A DNA stretch of 64,000 nt from positions 10,850,001-10,914,000 of the forward strand of contig NW_026889779.1 in the NCBI RefSeq assembly GCF_033153115.1. Reading direction: 5' to 3'. Every line of letters begins with the position of its first letter. Positions within the stretch are counted from its first letter, which is position 1. This DNA is from Saccostrea echinata. Lineage: Eukaryota. This document shows positions 1-13,277 of the stretch, in pieces. A program made the position numbers and the translations under genes. The notes beneath the pieces were generated by a model. It worked only from the letters and a program-made list of their open reading frames with translations. It was not told the DNA's origin and searched no databases.

Positions 1-1845
1 AAAACAAAATGTTTTATCATCCCATGAGTAATAATTATTACATTTTTGTCAAAGATGTTAATGTGGAAACTTTGAAGATGTTGAAACACAGAGAACCGTG
101 ATTGTCAGAATTTCCACTCGGCAACATTCTTACACTTGCTAAAGAGCATATATTAAAAACAAGCAGACAATCAAAGTTTTCACTCAACAGATTTCTAAAA
201 TAAGAAAATTGTCATACATTTCTACCTTTCAATTTGAGAAACTGGCTTTACCAGCAGATAATGTATTTAATTGCTTATTTATAATGCACTTATATTTTTT
301 TTTCCTTATAAACACAACACTTATTTTAAACTGTAAATTCTTTGACTAAAAAGCACAGTTAACCATTTGATATATATTCTGAAAATTTAACAGAGGGTTT
401 CATGTTGCAATTGTCAAAGTTGAAAATCGCCATTAGATGATTAAAGAAGAAAAGTATGGTATATGGGACAGATTTTGCAATCAATGCAGCTTCAGCAATA
501 GCCTGATGACCAGGCCTATTAAATCATGCTTGGGCTTCTAAAAGTTTTGTTACTACCTGCATGTTGGGCTGGTAATTTTTTTTGAGTCTGTACCTATACT
601 GTTAAGCAAGTTTTAAGCGTGTGCAAGAAATATATGCAAGTTTTGCGACCTTTCTATACTCGCAAATTTTTATCATTGTGAACCTCTTATTCTATTGTGT
701 ATTTATGTAAAATGTTTTCTCAGTTGCATAAATAAGTAGTCCTGGATGGATTTCTGACAGACGCTGAATATTTCATAAATAATAGTTAGTTTACAATATG
801 CATTTTTGTGACACATTTTCAAAAAGCACATTGTTTGTTGTCTCTTAAAATCCTAAAGAGGTGAATCTGAGTTAAAATTGAATAGGTATCCAGTAATATA
901 CAACTGCACTGGCTCCAAGGGTTGCATCCTCAACATATTAAGACTACCTTGGAGTCTGTAATACAAAGACATAAATCATGAGATTTTTTACATTACCGAT
1001 CTCAATCATTTGTCAAACTCTTTTTACAAAACGATTTTTTTTGTCATTTTGTTGGTACAGTAAAATGCTTCCACCATTAAATATTTTAAATAAAGATTCA
1101 AATGTAACATCGCCTTGTCTGCAAAGTATGACACAAAATCCTATCCAGGGTTATCTTTCTTGCTAAACTGATTGATAATGTTTAAAATATTGCAAATAAG
1201 TTACGATATTTGAGCGTCTGTCATGCAAGTAAACGATGTTATCAATGATTCCACAAACCACAGACTATGCCATAATTATAATACCCTTTCCAGTTGTGCA
1301 GAACTCCTGCAGCCTCCTGGCTAAATGTTTTCAGTTCTGCATGTTTTCGTCTCACACAGTACCGGAAACTGAATTAATAGTCGCAAAAATGTACAGAAGA
1401 CAAACATGTTACATAGCCTAAATAACAAAATAAAGTTGAAGTAACTATTCACTATGTTTGTTATAATACAATCATATATATGTATAGTTTGACATAAATG
1501 CTTTTCTTTAAAAAATTACGACATAAACATTTTTTTTCTGAACCCGATGTGTAAAATAATCACCGATTTTAAAAAATATATATATATTTTATTTGAGTTT
1601 ATCAAATTATAAATATAAGGAAAATTTTTTTTTAAAAACCCATAAAATATACTATAAAACATCTCAGAGTATATGCTAAGATTATATTAAAACAATTAAT
1701 CGGGATCAAAATCTCCTACTTTTACACGTTCAACTTCCGGTTTATTTGTTTGGTTTTTGATCGAATTAACATTGTGAAAATTCTGCCTTTCTTCGAATCA
1801 AAATGAAATTACATGGGTAATGCAAGATTCCGTGCATGGTAAACA

Positions 1846-4800
1846 ATGATTGAGGGAACACCCCGTCAAAACCAACTATCAATTAATCTTGGATTTGATG
1901 ATTACAGCAATGGAAAAGACTACAAAAAGAGACAGTCAGTTTTCAGGGTTGGTAACAGATATTAGACAGGATTCGATGTTTGTCAATACATCACAATAAT
2001 GATATAGTGCATACACATAACTAATATACACACGTTTTATTTAAAATATTTGGCAGTATAAATCTTAAATCTTTTTAAGGTATGGAAAAGGTTGTCCAGT
2101 TTACAGAGAAGTGTGATATGTTTTGTTCTACTATTGGGAGGGATCAGTATCATATATATAGTGTCCTCAGTAAGAAAAGGTCATAGAGGAAGTTATGGTG
2201 GACCAAGTGAACTCAGTGATTTTCTTGACTCGAAAGAGAGGCAGAAGATGGAGCAAGAGAAGCGAGATTACATACAGAAAATGAAACAAAGACATGCTGT
2301 GGAGCAGGTTAATCAGATAGTGGTAAGTTTTGAAAGCAGTTACAACTACTGTAAACTTTTTTCCCATGGGGTCAAAATTCTGCGGAATCACAATTTCTGT
2401 TCAATCCGTGAGTAGAAAATTACATGGATTTCTTTGATTGCCACTATATGTCTTAAATGTACTTTAAGTATGCTAAGACAAATTTCTGTACATAGCATAA
2501 ACCACACAGAAAAAAGTACTTCTTCAGTATCTCTTTAGACTTAGACCTTAAATAGCTACACATTTTGAGAGTGCAAATAAGGTAGGATAAGCATAGCACA
2601 AATTTCAAAGCAGAGCGAAAAATCAAAATGTTTTAAAATTGTTCTTAGATAAAAATTTGCCTGATTTTTAATGGAGAAATTCTTTGATTTAACCCAGAAA
2701 AAGAATCAGGAAAATATTAGGAGGAAGAAGGGACCACCATCAAGGAAGAAAGCAACGAAAGAAGACAAGGGACTGGATAAAGTACAACTTCCTCCTGATG
2801 AGAAAGAGGGACAATTGGTAAGGGATGAACGATTTCCCAATGGGAACGAGGACGAGGATAATGACAGAGATGACAATGTTGATGGACATTTAGTAAGAGA
2901 GACATAAAACTGCTGCTCATTTTGACTGACAATTTTAAAATGAAGCAACTTATGCTGCTTTAATGTAATTATTATATACTAACAATACAGTGTATGTAGC
3001 AACATTAAAAGGCATACTGGAATTATATTACAGCTAAACTTCAAAATCTCGAACACGGATATCTCGAATACCCCGGATATGTCGAAGTAAGACCGCAGTC
3101 CCGACGAAATTTGCTTTAAAAATGATTAAAATAAACCCCTCTATGTTGAACACGGTAATGTCAAATACCCCGGTTATCTCGAAGTAAAATTGTGTATCCA
3201 TTCATTCAAATCACATGCGTTATCTCGAAGTCAGGATAATTTTCCGCTCTGATGATCAAATCCGTTAGGTAAACTGACAGCTCTATTGATAACAGCCACC
3301 TGTCTGTCACGCACAGGTTACCTGTGTTCTTGTGATCAACAGATAATAGCGCGATAATTATACGAGGTGTATATATGGCTTACCTTGATTTTAAATGGTA
3401 GTGTGTATTAGTCTTATGCATGGATGACACGTTAATTGTTTTGTGGCCGAGGTACGTTTATCTTGGTAATCGCTATTTAATGCTATGTGTAATATGTTTA
3501 TGCATATGAAAGCGAAAATTATAAACATTAAAGTGAAACAAAATTCTGTAATTTAATGCAATTAGAATTTATTTTTCGTATATGGGCGTGCAGAATTTAC
3601 AATCGTCAGTACACGCCATCATGTGAGCGTGTGTCGCAGTGAAAACTTGTGCTATAGTGAACTGTGATTCAGTGTCGTTCTGTAGTTAGACGAGAGAGCG
3701 TGTTTCTTCTTTTGCATCTGATTTTATTATGGTAAAATATTTTCTTTTAACTGATAATACATGTATGAACAAGTTTTTCCAATAAAAAAATTGTATATTT
3801 CGTTTCCGTTATTCTGACAGCGACCGGTTTTAAATTTACAATGCATAGACGATAACCGGTTACGTATACATGGGAAACGATGCTAGCAGTTGACTTGCCG
3901 TGTTGGTAGAAGGATTATACTTCTGTGCATACTATACAAAGTTTTTATTTTGCGAATTATAAAGAGGATGTAAAAATCTTTTAAATGCTAAATACATATA
4001 CACGTATATTAAAGAATCGTATACGGAATTTCAAACAAGAAGGAATTTTATTAAGTACATGTTCACTGCACTAAGTTTATCTGAAGTTCATTAGAATTAT
4101 AACCCTCAATATGTTGAACCCCCGGATATCTCGAAGTTCATCAACGGTCCCGTCAACTTCGAGATAACGAAGTTTAACTGTATGTACATGTATATGCTTT
4201 ATTCATATCACTCATATTAAATTATTCAACATGTATATCATATGATAAAACTAATATGAAAGAGAAGAAAAAAAGCTGCAATATTTAGAAATATCAAGAT
4301 TATTTGTCAAAGATTTAACATATTTTTATCTGTACAGTAATACAAGTAAGATATGCAGTTAGTTTGAATGGTGTTAGTTTTCTCTGACATCAAGATTCAA
4401 ACTAAACAATTCATTTTCTGAGATGCCAATTCATCAGAATTCTAATTTGTGATGCATTTGTAGAATTTACCACCAAAGGCAGCTGGTGATGATTTAGTTG
4501 TGGACCAAGGAAGTGATGGACCCTATGACTATTTTGATCGTAAGACCATTCAAAATTTTATTCTATTATTTACCGGTATCCAACCTTTGTCTCTGATAAT
4601 GGTATAAGTATTTGATATGTTCTCAGATATATTCATAGCAGCTTTTTAAGAAACTGTGTCTTAAAATCAACATGACTGAATAGAAAATTTCATCTACATG
4701 TACATGTATCTTAGGCTTTCAGATATTGGACTTTGATATGCAGAGTTATAATACAGTCACAACCAAAATTTTACTTCAATATAGCCTTGATATCCATTCT

Positions 4801-6887
4801 TTTGAATACTTGTGCATATATGTCTATGTTTTTCATTGTAGCAAAGAGACAGTTTTCAGAAAAACAGAAAGCAATTCAAGATGCCTTTAAATTTGCTTGG
4901 AAGGGATATAAAGAGCATGCTTGGGGCCATGATGAATATCATCCAATCAGCAAAAGCCATTCAGAGTGGTTTGGAGTCGGTCTGACCATTGTAGATTCTA
5001 TTGATACAGCCATCATCATGGGACTTAAAGATGGTATCAGATATATGTAGTATAAATTATACATGTTTTGTTTTGAACATATTTATTTTGACAATATGTT
5101 CATGTACATCCATCAAAGAGTGTTTACTAGACTCTTAGTTTTGTAAACTAAAGATAATAAATCTGTGTTAGAGAATCGGTACAGACTTGAATTCTGTTTA
5201 AATTCGAGACTAAACAGTAAAAAGTGACATGTATTTTCATTTTTTCATTTGCATAAGTTATTTTTTCGTACATGTATTAGCAAAGTTAAAAAAAATCAGT
5301 AATGTGAAGAACATAAAAAATATGTGCCAATACTTGTTGAGTTTCTGTATTACAGAGTATCTGGAAGCTAGAGAATGGGTTGATAAATCCTTGACCTTTG
5401 ACAAGGATAAAGATGTCAACTTGTTTGAGATCACGATTCGTGCCTTGGGAGGACTTCTGTCTGCTTATCACCTGACAAATGATGAAGTTTTTAAAAACAA
5501 GGCTGTAAGTCTAAGATTCTAGCTAAGAAAATAACTAAAATTATAATAAAAATTTATGTTTTATAAATGTACTGTAATTATGCTAATGTATAAATATGCA
5601 TCTTCTGATGTAAAATTCTAGTTCTGACACACAGTATTTTCTTGATAATTTAATTTTTTTCAATTAAAAATGAAATACATATATATATTTATGACTTGTT
5701 ATACAGTATCTCTTCCCTGCTGTTTAGTACAAAAGAAAAAACAAACAAAAACAAAAAAGGAATAGATACTTTCAGTGAATCATACATTATGCACCTCTTC
5801 ATTGTTCAAATATCAGTCTTTCAAGCTCACAAAACAAATAATAATACTCTGGGAAAAGAAAATAATATATTATAATATTTACTTTTACCAGAGTATTAAG
5901 TTTTGAAACACAACAAACCTTAGAACTAAGAACAAATATAATATTTCTGTACACAAAAATTACAAACTAGTATACAGTGCATCTTTACTCTTACCTACAT
6001 ACATGAATATGACAAATAAATAAAATACTAATCAACTTTCTTGTAGAAAGAGTTGGGGGATCGCCTCTTACCATGTTTTAAATCTCCATCAAATGTCCCT
6101 TTCTCTGACGTGAACCTGAGGACTGGACACGCCCATGCCCCAAGGTGGGGCCCTGACAGCAGTACATCAGAGGTGACTACCATACAGCTGGAATTCCGAG
6201 ATCTCAGCAGAATCACCAAGGATAGTAGATATGAGGTCAGGGGACATTATTTGATTTTAGAGTTTTCTGTAGACTTGAGATCTTTTTGTTTATTATACAA
6301 CAGAACAATATTTTAGTACTTACTGGAGTTCATGTTTTACTGGTAAGATTATAATTGTGTCAGTTTGATGGTAAGAAACTAAAAGATAGATGCAAGGTAT
6401 TATCAGAAAGGTCACCCAAAAAGTATTTTTCATTTTGTATATAATTCTTCACATATGCAAATGAAAACCAAGAATTCTGCAGATGAGTGGCCTGTTTATT
6501 GTTTTTGAAGCTGGTAGATTCTCAAGTAACTATAAGACCTACATAAACTTAAACCAAACTTGCATGGATGTTTCATGTAGGGTTGCATACTTCAATTCAA
6601 GGGTTGGATGCTGACTGTACATTTTTTCATCTGAGTACACAATTTAATGTTTTTAGTGCAGGTTCCTTCCAAATTAACTACACGCTCTACCTTGACCAAT
6701 CTCTCATTCTTATGAATGCATTATTACTGCATTCTTGCTTTAGATGCTATATTTTTCAAATATGTAATAGTGACTAAAAAACTACATATACATGTATAAT
6801 GATTAATATAACTAGCAGTGCATTTACATTTATTTGAAAGGAATCTTTCTCTATTTTTATTACATTTGTTGAGGTAAACTTTGTAAT

Positions 6888-6936
<49 letters not shown>

Positions 6937-6952
6937 CGTTGTCCATCGTCCA

Positions 6953-6985
<33 letters not shown>

Positions 6986-9900
6986 AAGAACCACTGGGCC
7001 AATTTTAACCAAACTTGGTACAAAGCATCCTTGGGTTAAGGTGGGTTTAAATTCTTAAATTGAATAGTCAAGCCTCCTTTCAAGGGGAGATAATCAAAAA
7101 AAGACAAAAATAGGGTGGGGTCATTAAAAAAATCTTCTTCTCAAGAACCACTTGGCCAGAAAAGCTGAAACTTATGTGGAAGCATCCTGGGGTAGTGTAG
7201 ATTCTAAATTATTCAAATCATGACCCCGGGGGTAGGTCGGGGCCACAATAGGAAATCCAAGTTTTACAATGAAATATATAGGAATAATCTTTAAAAATCT
7301 TCTTCTCAAGAACAGCTGGGACAGAAAAGCTGAAACTTATATGGAAGCATCCTGGAGTAATGTAGATTCTAAATTGTACAAATCGTGACCCCCGGGGGTA
7401 GGGCGGGGCCACAATAGGGAATCCAAATTTTACATTGAAATATGTAGAAAAAAATTGTCAAAAATCTTCTTCTCAAGAACAGCTGGGACAGAAAAGCTGA
7501 AACTTATGTGGAAGCATCCTGGGGTAGTGTAGATTCTAAATTGTTCAAATCATGACCCCCGGGGGTAGGTCGGGGCCACAATATGGAATCTAAGTTTTAC
7601 ATTGAAATATATAGGAATAATCTTTAAAAATCTACTTCTCAAGAACCACTGGGCCAGAAAAGCTGAAACTTATGTGGAAGCATCCTGGGGTAGTGTAGAT
7701 TCTAAATTATTCAAATCATGACCCCTGGGGGTAGGGCAGGGCGACAATAGGTACTACAAGGAGGATAATCAGATGAAACACAGCAAGGACAAAGTTATTC
7801 AGGTGAGCGTTGTGGCCCATGGACCTCTTGTTTATCTTTGTTACTTTTCTTATGAAAAATTTTTGGAGCATGTCTGTTTTAAAGAACTATATTTACATTT
7901 GCTGTGTTTTTCTACTAAGCCAACTGTGAATTTGATTTGAATGCCATTTTCGTGTATATACTCACGCATAGAAATATACACTGAGAAACTCGAATAATTC
8001 AAACATTGAGTATATTTTTGGTGCTTTTGAACATGTAAATATAAGGAATGTTTTAAAGTTTAGTGTGAATTATTGGTGTGTAAATCACACAGACTTGCAC
8101 GTAGGCATATTTTTCATGAAGCTCTAGCTCGCTTCATGAAATATGCCTACGTGACTAGTCTGTGTGATTTACACACCAATAACTCACACAAAACTTAAAA
8201 ACATTCCTTAAATAAGCCATACATAACTCAATTATGTATGAATTCATGCATTATCTGTATGATTGTTCAGGTTAATTTTTATGTAATGCAATTCCCCATT
8301 TGAAACCACCATTGATCAAATTTGCTTGAATGGTATATGAAGGAATCATGCATGTAACCCTTAATTCGAATACAAAATGAAATCCTATAAAGGAAATTAA
8401 TTTAGTTGTCAAATTATACCATTCACTAGATATCATATTTCAAGATTAGCTACATATGTATGATTACACTATGATTTTGAAAAGTTTTTTGACCTATACA
8501 GGCACATTTAGGAATTTCTGTACAATTTTTCAGCATGCAGTAGATGTAGTGTCAGAACATGTTCACAAACTACCAAAGAAGGATGGATTAGTGCCAATAT
8601 TTATCAACGCCAATACAGGATCATTCAGAAGTTCTGCCACCATTACATTTGGTGCAAGAGGAGATAGTTACTATGAGTATTTATTGAAGCAGTGGATACA
8701 GACAGGCAAACAGAAGGACTAGTGAGTATCTCCAGCAGGTTTTAAGAGGGAATTTCAAAGTACATTTATAGATAATTCTAGTGTAGACAATTCTAGTCAA
8801 CGACCAAGAAAAACATAGAGGTTTTCTAAATTTTGTTCTTTAATGATAACGAAAACATCCTTTCACTTAAAATTTTTAAAATTGTAAAATGTGATACACT
8901 TGTAGATGTCTATTGATGTTAATACTATTACCTGGTTCTTGTTTCTACAGTTTGAAAAATGACTACCTGCAGGCAGTAGAGGGCATTAAGACTCATTTAC
9001 TGAAAGAATCTGAACCCAGTAAACTGCTCTACATAGGCGAGCTACTGGGAGGAAGATCATTTAGTCCAAAAATGGTGAGGCTGCTACATTTAAAGCTATA
9101 ATTATACATGTAATCACTAATTCCCAGTGATCATCAGGTGCCTGTAGCAAAAGAGCAGCTGTATTCATTTTGCAACTGTTTTAATGGTAATTTCATATGT
9201 ATTTCATTTGTTTAAAAAGTATTATTTTCATTTTTTTTTTTTGACTAATTGATTTTGAATTTTCAAAAAACATGGATTGTTTATTGACACATGTGCCCCC
9301 CCCCCCCTTCACAAAAAAAAAATAAAATAAATAATCAGGCATCAAGTGTAGGGATATACTTTTAAAAAATAATTTTTCTCCACAATCAAACATTTTATTG
9401 GAATAAAAAAAAATATAACTTTTTCTTTTATTTTAACAGGATCATTTAGTGTGTTTTATGCCAGGAACTTTGGCTTTGGGGCATCAAAATGGTCTTTCAA
9501 ATGATCATATGGAAATTGCCACCAAATTAGCTAAAACTTGTTATGAAATGTATAATAAAATGCCAACGAAACTCAGTCCCGAGATTGTGTATTTTAATCA
9601 GGCACCAGGAGCCAGTGATGATCTCATAGTCAAAGTAAGTCTGCAATAATTAGGAGCAATTATTTTATTGAGAAATGTGTAGGAAATCGTTCCCTACTCA
9701 TTGAATGAAATGAAAATATTAAATGCTTGATACATTCAGGATTGTTATTGCCACTTATACTATGCTTCATATAATATTTAACTTGGTGGTAAGTATTAAC
9801 TAAGAATTTTATTTCTTCACTTCCAGCCACTAGATGCCCACAACCTGTTGCGGCCAGAAACCGTGGAGAGTCTTTTTTACATGTACCGATTTACTCAGGA

Positions 9901-10159
9901 CAAAAAATACAGAGAATGGGGCTGGCAGATTTTCCTGGCCTTTATGAAATACACCAAGATTGAGGGGGCTGGCTTCTCCTCCATCAATAATGTCAAAAGT
10001 CCAGGTAACCCAGGATTTAAAGATAAACTAGAAAGCTTCTTCTTAGCAGAGACACTCAAGTACCTGTTCTTATTATTCAGTGACGATCCCAAGCTTATGC
10101 CTCTAGACAAGTTTGTGTTCAATACTGAGGCTCATCCCCTGCCGATTTACTCCGAGTGA
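1846..10159 (+). CDS. MAN1B1: ER mannosyl-oligosaccharide 1,2-alpha-mannosidase (GH47, ERManI), 11 coding exons
   Basis: Exons read with GT-AG ends and consistent phases: 1846-1947, 2080-2322, 2698-2892, 4464-4539, 4842-5033, 5356-5504, 6047-6235, 8534-8721, 8951-9074, 9440-9634, 9827-10159. N-terminal [17 protein letters not shown] plus transmembrane segment; GH47 motifs [66 protein letters not shown]. Confidence 0.95.
3031..4180. mobile_element. Non-autonomous Tc1/mariner (pogo/Tigger-like) element in a MAN1B1 intron
   Basis: TA on both sides; TIR CAGCTAAACTTC..ATCTCGAA / TTCGAGAT..GAAGTTTAACTG; repeated subterminal TATCTCGAA motifs; no ORF. Confidence 0.8.
6891..7832 (+). mobile_element. 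HINE/pearl-like non-autonomous Helentron with about 4 internal ~166-bp satellite units
   Basis: 5' TTTAGCTCACCTGAGC..GCTCAAGTGAGCT, GTCC-type microsatellite, tandem units starting about 7130/7296/7462/7627, 3' CAGGTGAGCG + GGCCCATGGACC stem-loop + CTCTTGTT. Confidence 0.85.
8042..8210. mobile_element. Fold-back palindromic MITE
   Basis: About 80-bp arms TAAGGAATGTTTT...CATGAAGC / GCTTCATG...AACATTCCTTA around a short spacer. Confidence 0.7.
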
Positions 10160-13100
10160 TTTTAATGTTTGTTCTTGTGTCAAATAGAATGATTGTATGT
10201 GTGTGTAGGTTTCAAAATACATATATAGCATTATCTATAAAATATTTTGTGTGCAAGATACTTTGTGAAGACTTGGTGCATCACTAAATAATAATGTGTG
10301 TGAATGATAAACCATGTGATACGGAAAACAATGAAAGACACAACCCTGAATTTGCTCATTAATGTAAATTACGACATTGAACATAAAATACATGTAGAAT
10401 GAACTCATATTTGAAATGTTCCTACGTAATTCAAGCTCTTAATTGTGCAATTCTTTTTCGTTTACCTTTTTCTTTAATATTTTTTTCTCATTAAAGATGG
10501 CTTGTCAGAACTAAGTTTTCTCTTAATCATTCAAGGGTTCTTTGAAATGTTGTCAAGAATTTATTTTTCATTTATTTTACCTACTTCATTTTATTTTTAA
10601 TTGACCTTACCTCATGAAATAATTAACCTGTATAGTGGGTTATATGACCAACCTTAAAACATGTTTTAAAAGGTTGGAACAGTATGTTAGCTTTATGATT
10701 TGGTTAATTCTTTCAACACTTGAGGAAATATTTAAACTTAATCATACATAATCATAATTCTGGCAGTTAAGATTTAGTCACTAAGATAATCTGAAGTAAG
10801 CACTAATCACTGAAATAGCCCACTATATATTGGTATTCTGTCATTTTGACCACAAGCAGGGATTGTGATAGTTAAGATAGTTAAATCACTGTGAAGTTGG
10901 TCATAATTGTTACCTGTACATATCAAATTTTTTGAATGTCATGGAATAATAATGTCATGCAATAAGACAGAAGAGCAACAAGTATTAAATGTAGAAATTA
11001 ATTACCAAATACATGTATTTCCATTGTTTAAAAATATTAAAAGTATTCCAGTAGGTTTTTGTGTAAATATTTGATCGTGAATCCAGGTTTGATCATTGTA
11101 TGTTACATATTTTTTATTTTAATTTTTTTTTGATTTGTTTTCAGATTATTTATGATCTTACTTCACATTCCTAGTCAGATACTGTTTATACATGTTGCAT
11201 TTCATGTCTGTAATGTATTAAACTGTGTCATGTTATTATAATGTGGTCAGGGAAAAACATAGTAGGAATACTTCTTTGCTAAAATTTATGCATAATACTA
11301 AAATCTCTATAGAAAATCAGTGCTTATTCCAAAGAACATTGTATATCCATTAAACAAGTATTCAGTAAAGCAGATTTTACTGCAAAAACATGTCAACATA
11401 GTAAACTAATTCCATTGAATGAAAAATGTATTTTAAAAATGTACAAACAATCTTGGTGTTCTGTGCTTAAGGAGTTTCATGTGTCTCTGTCCACTGTGTC
11501 ATGTAAGGTTGTCAGTCTATTATATTTATCAACATGTTTATCTTTAACTATGAGATGCACTGCCAGCACTAGCAGTGAATACATATGAACATTTATTTCT
11601 CTTGAAATGAAAAACACTACCGGTAGTTGCAATTTAATCCTTTTGTTGCAGACAACACAAGTTAACTTTTTTTGTTTGCATACATTATTATAACCAACAT
11701 AAGGGTCCATTATTGAGCAATCTAAGATTGCAGAAAATAGGTTTTTATGTATTTATGGATATTTCTTGAAATTATTCTTTTTTATCCAGATTTTGTACAG
11801 AAAAAAAATATTATAAATTTAATTAGTGGACTCAAATTTTCTTGATCCCCTTTGCAATTAGTATCCTACAAATGTCTTTTATTTCAGCTCTATGTCCAGA
11901 AAATAAAGGAGAAAACCCAACATGATCAAGAGTCTAATTTGATGCCCAGTGTTTTTATTAATTTTTTTTTTTTTTTTAGAATTTATTGACTCTAACCAGA
12001 GAGGAAATTACATACGAGTATGTAGTATTTAATCCTTCATTGACTCTTGAATATTATTTTTTTCTTATGTAAGGAATCCAACGAACCCTTAAAATTTTTT
12101 TTACATATATTTACATGACTATGCAGTATATGTTTTTTCCTTTGATATTTAGTCATTATTGTTGGGGGGGGGGGGGGGGGGGGTAGGAGGTTTAGGTTTT
12201 TGAGATAGTAGTGGACAGTTAAAAAAACATGAAATGATCTTATATGCATTTCAGTGCTTTTTATCTTAATTTATGTAAACAACTTGTAAATATACACGTA
12301 TATATATTTACCTATGCTCTAATTTATCATTGTGCCAATGTGCCCCTTTAGGAAATATGCTTAAATTTTGAATGCACCAATATATTGTAGCAGTAATGAC
12401 ACTGCAAGTGTTAAAGTGTCATGTAAAGTAGAAAAAAAATTCTGTCTATTTTTTTTCTTAAAAGATTGTACCACACTCAGATTTATTTAACGTTTGAGAT
12501 ATGTATGACATCATCTATTTTATTTAAAGGTGGCACGAAAATTTTTGTTTCATCTTTTATTTTTTTATTCAGTAAATCATGGTGTGTGTGATTGGAGTAA
12601 TTTTGATACTTTTATCATAGTTTTTTGATATTTTCAGTATGTTGTGATAGGAGGCATTTGTCATTGCAGGATGACTCATCAAAATGTTTAACAATAAAAT
12701 CAGTAAACATCAAACCGTTATTGGTCAAAATTTGGCCTTTTTTTGGGGGGGGGGGTATATTTATGAATTTCATTGTAAGCATTTGTCAGATTTTCACTAC
12801 ACATGTTTTATTTCGTGTTAAATTTGACATCCTATCATGAGAAGTTTTCTTCACAGAGTACCCGATACTCCATATTACTGTCTCCAGATTTCCAGTGGTC
12901 AGGAGGGGTGTTGTAAGCATACACTGAGTGACCGTGGGGATCATGCTGACCCTCCCAGAGATTATCTGTAACTGGACTAGACTGTCCATTTCCTACCCAG
13001 TTCCAGTCTCCATTAACAACCTCCATTCCTAGCCAGAACTGAGGAGAGTAACCTGTTAATTCAATAAAACTTTATCATTTTTCTGTAGATCTAAACATAG

Positions 13101-13277
13101 GTACCCAGTAATCAAAGATTGCAAAGTTCACCTCAAGGAACATTATCTATAAGCAAGCCAAAATCTTTCATCAAAGGAGTGTTTTAGTAATGTGCATCCC
13201 TAGATGTTGCATGTGCAAGTTTGCTTTGGGTTGGATTTACAGTTACTTGTGAATGGACCTTAATATGTTAACTCATG

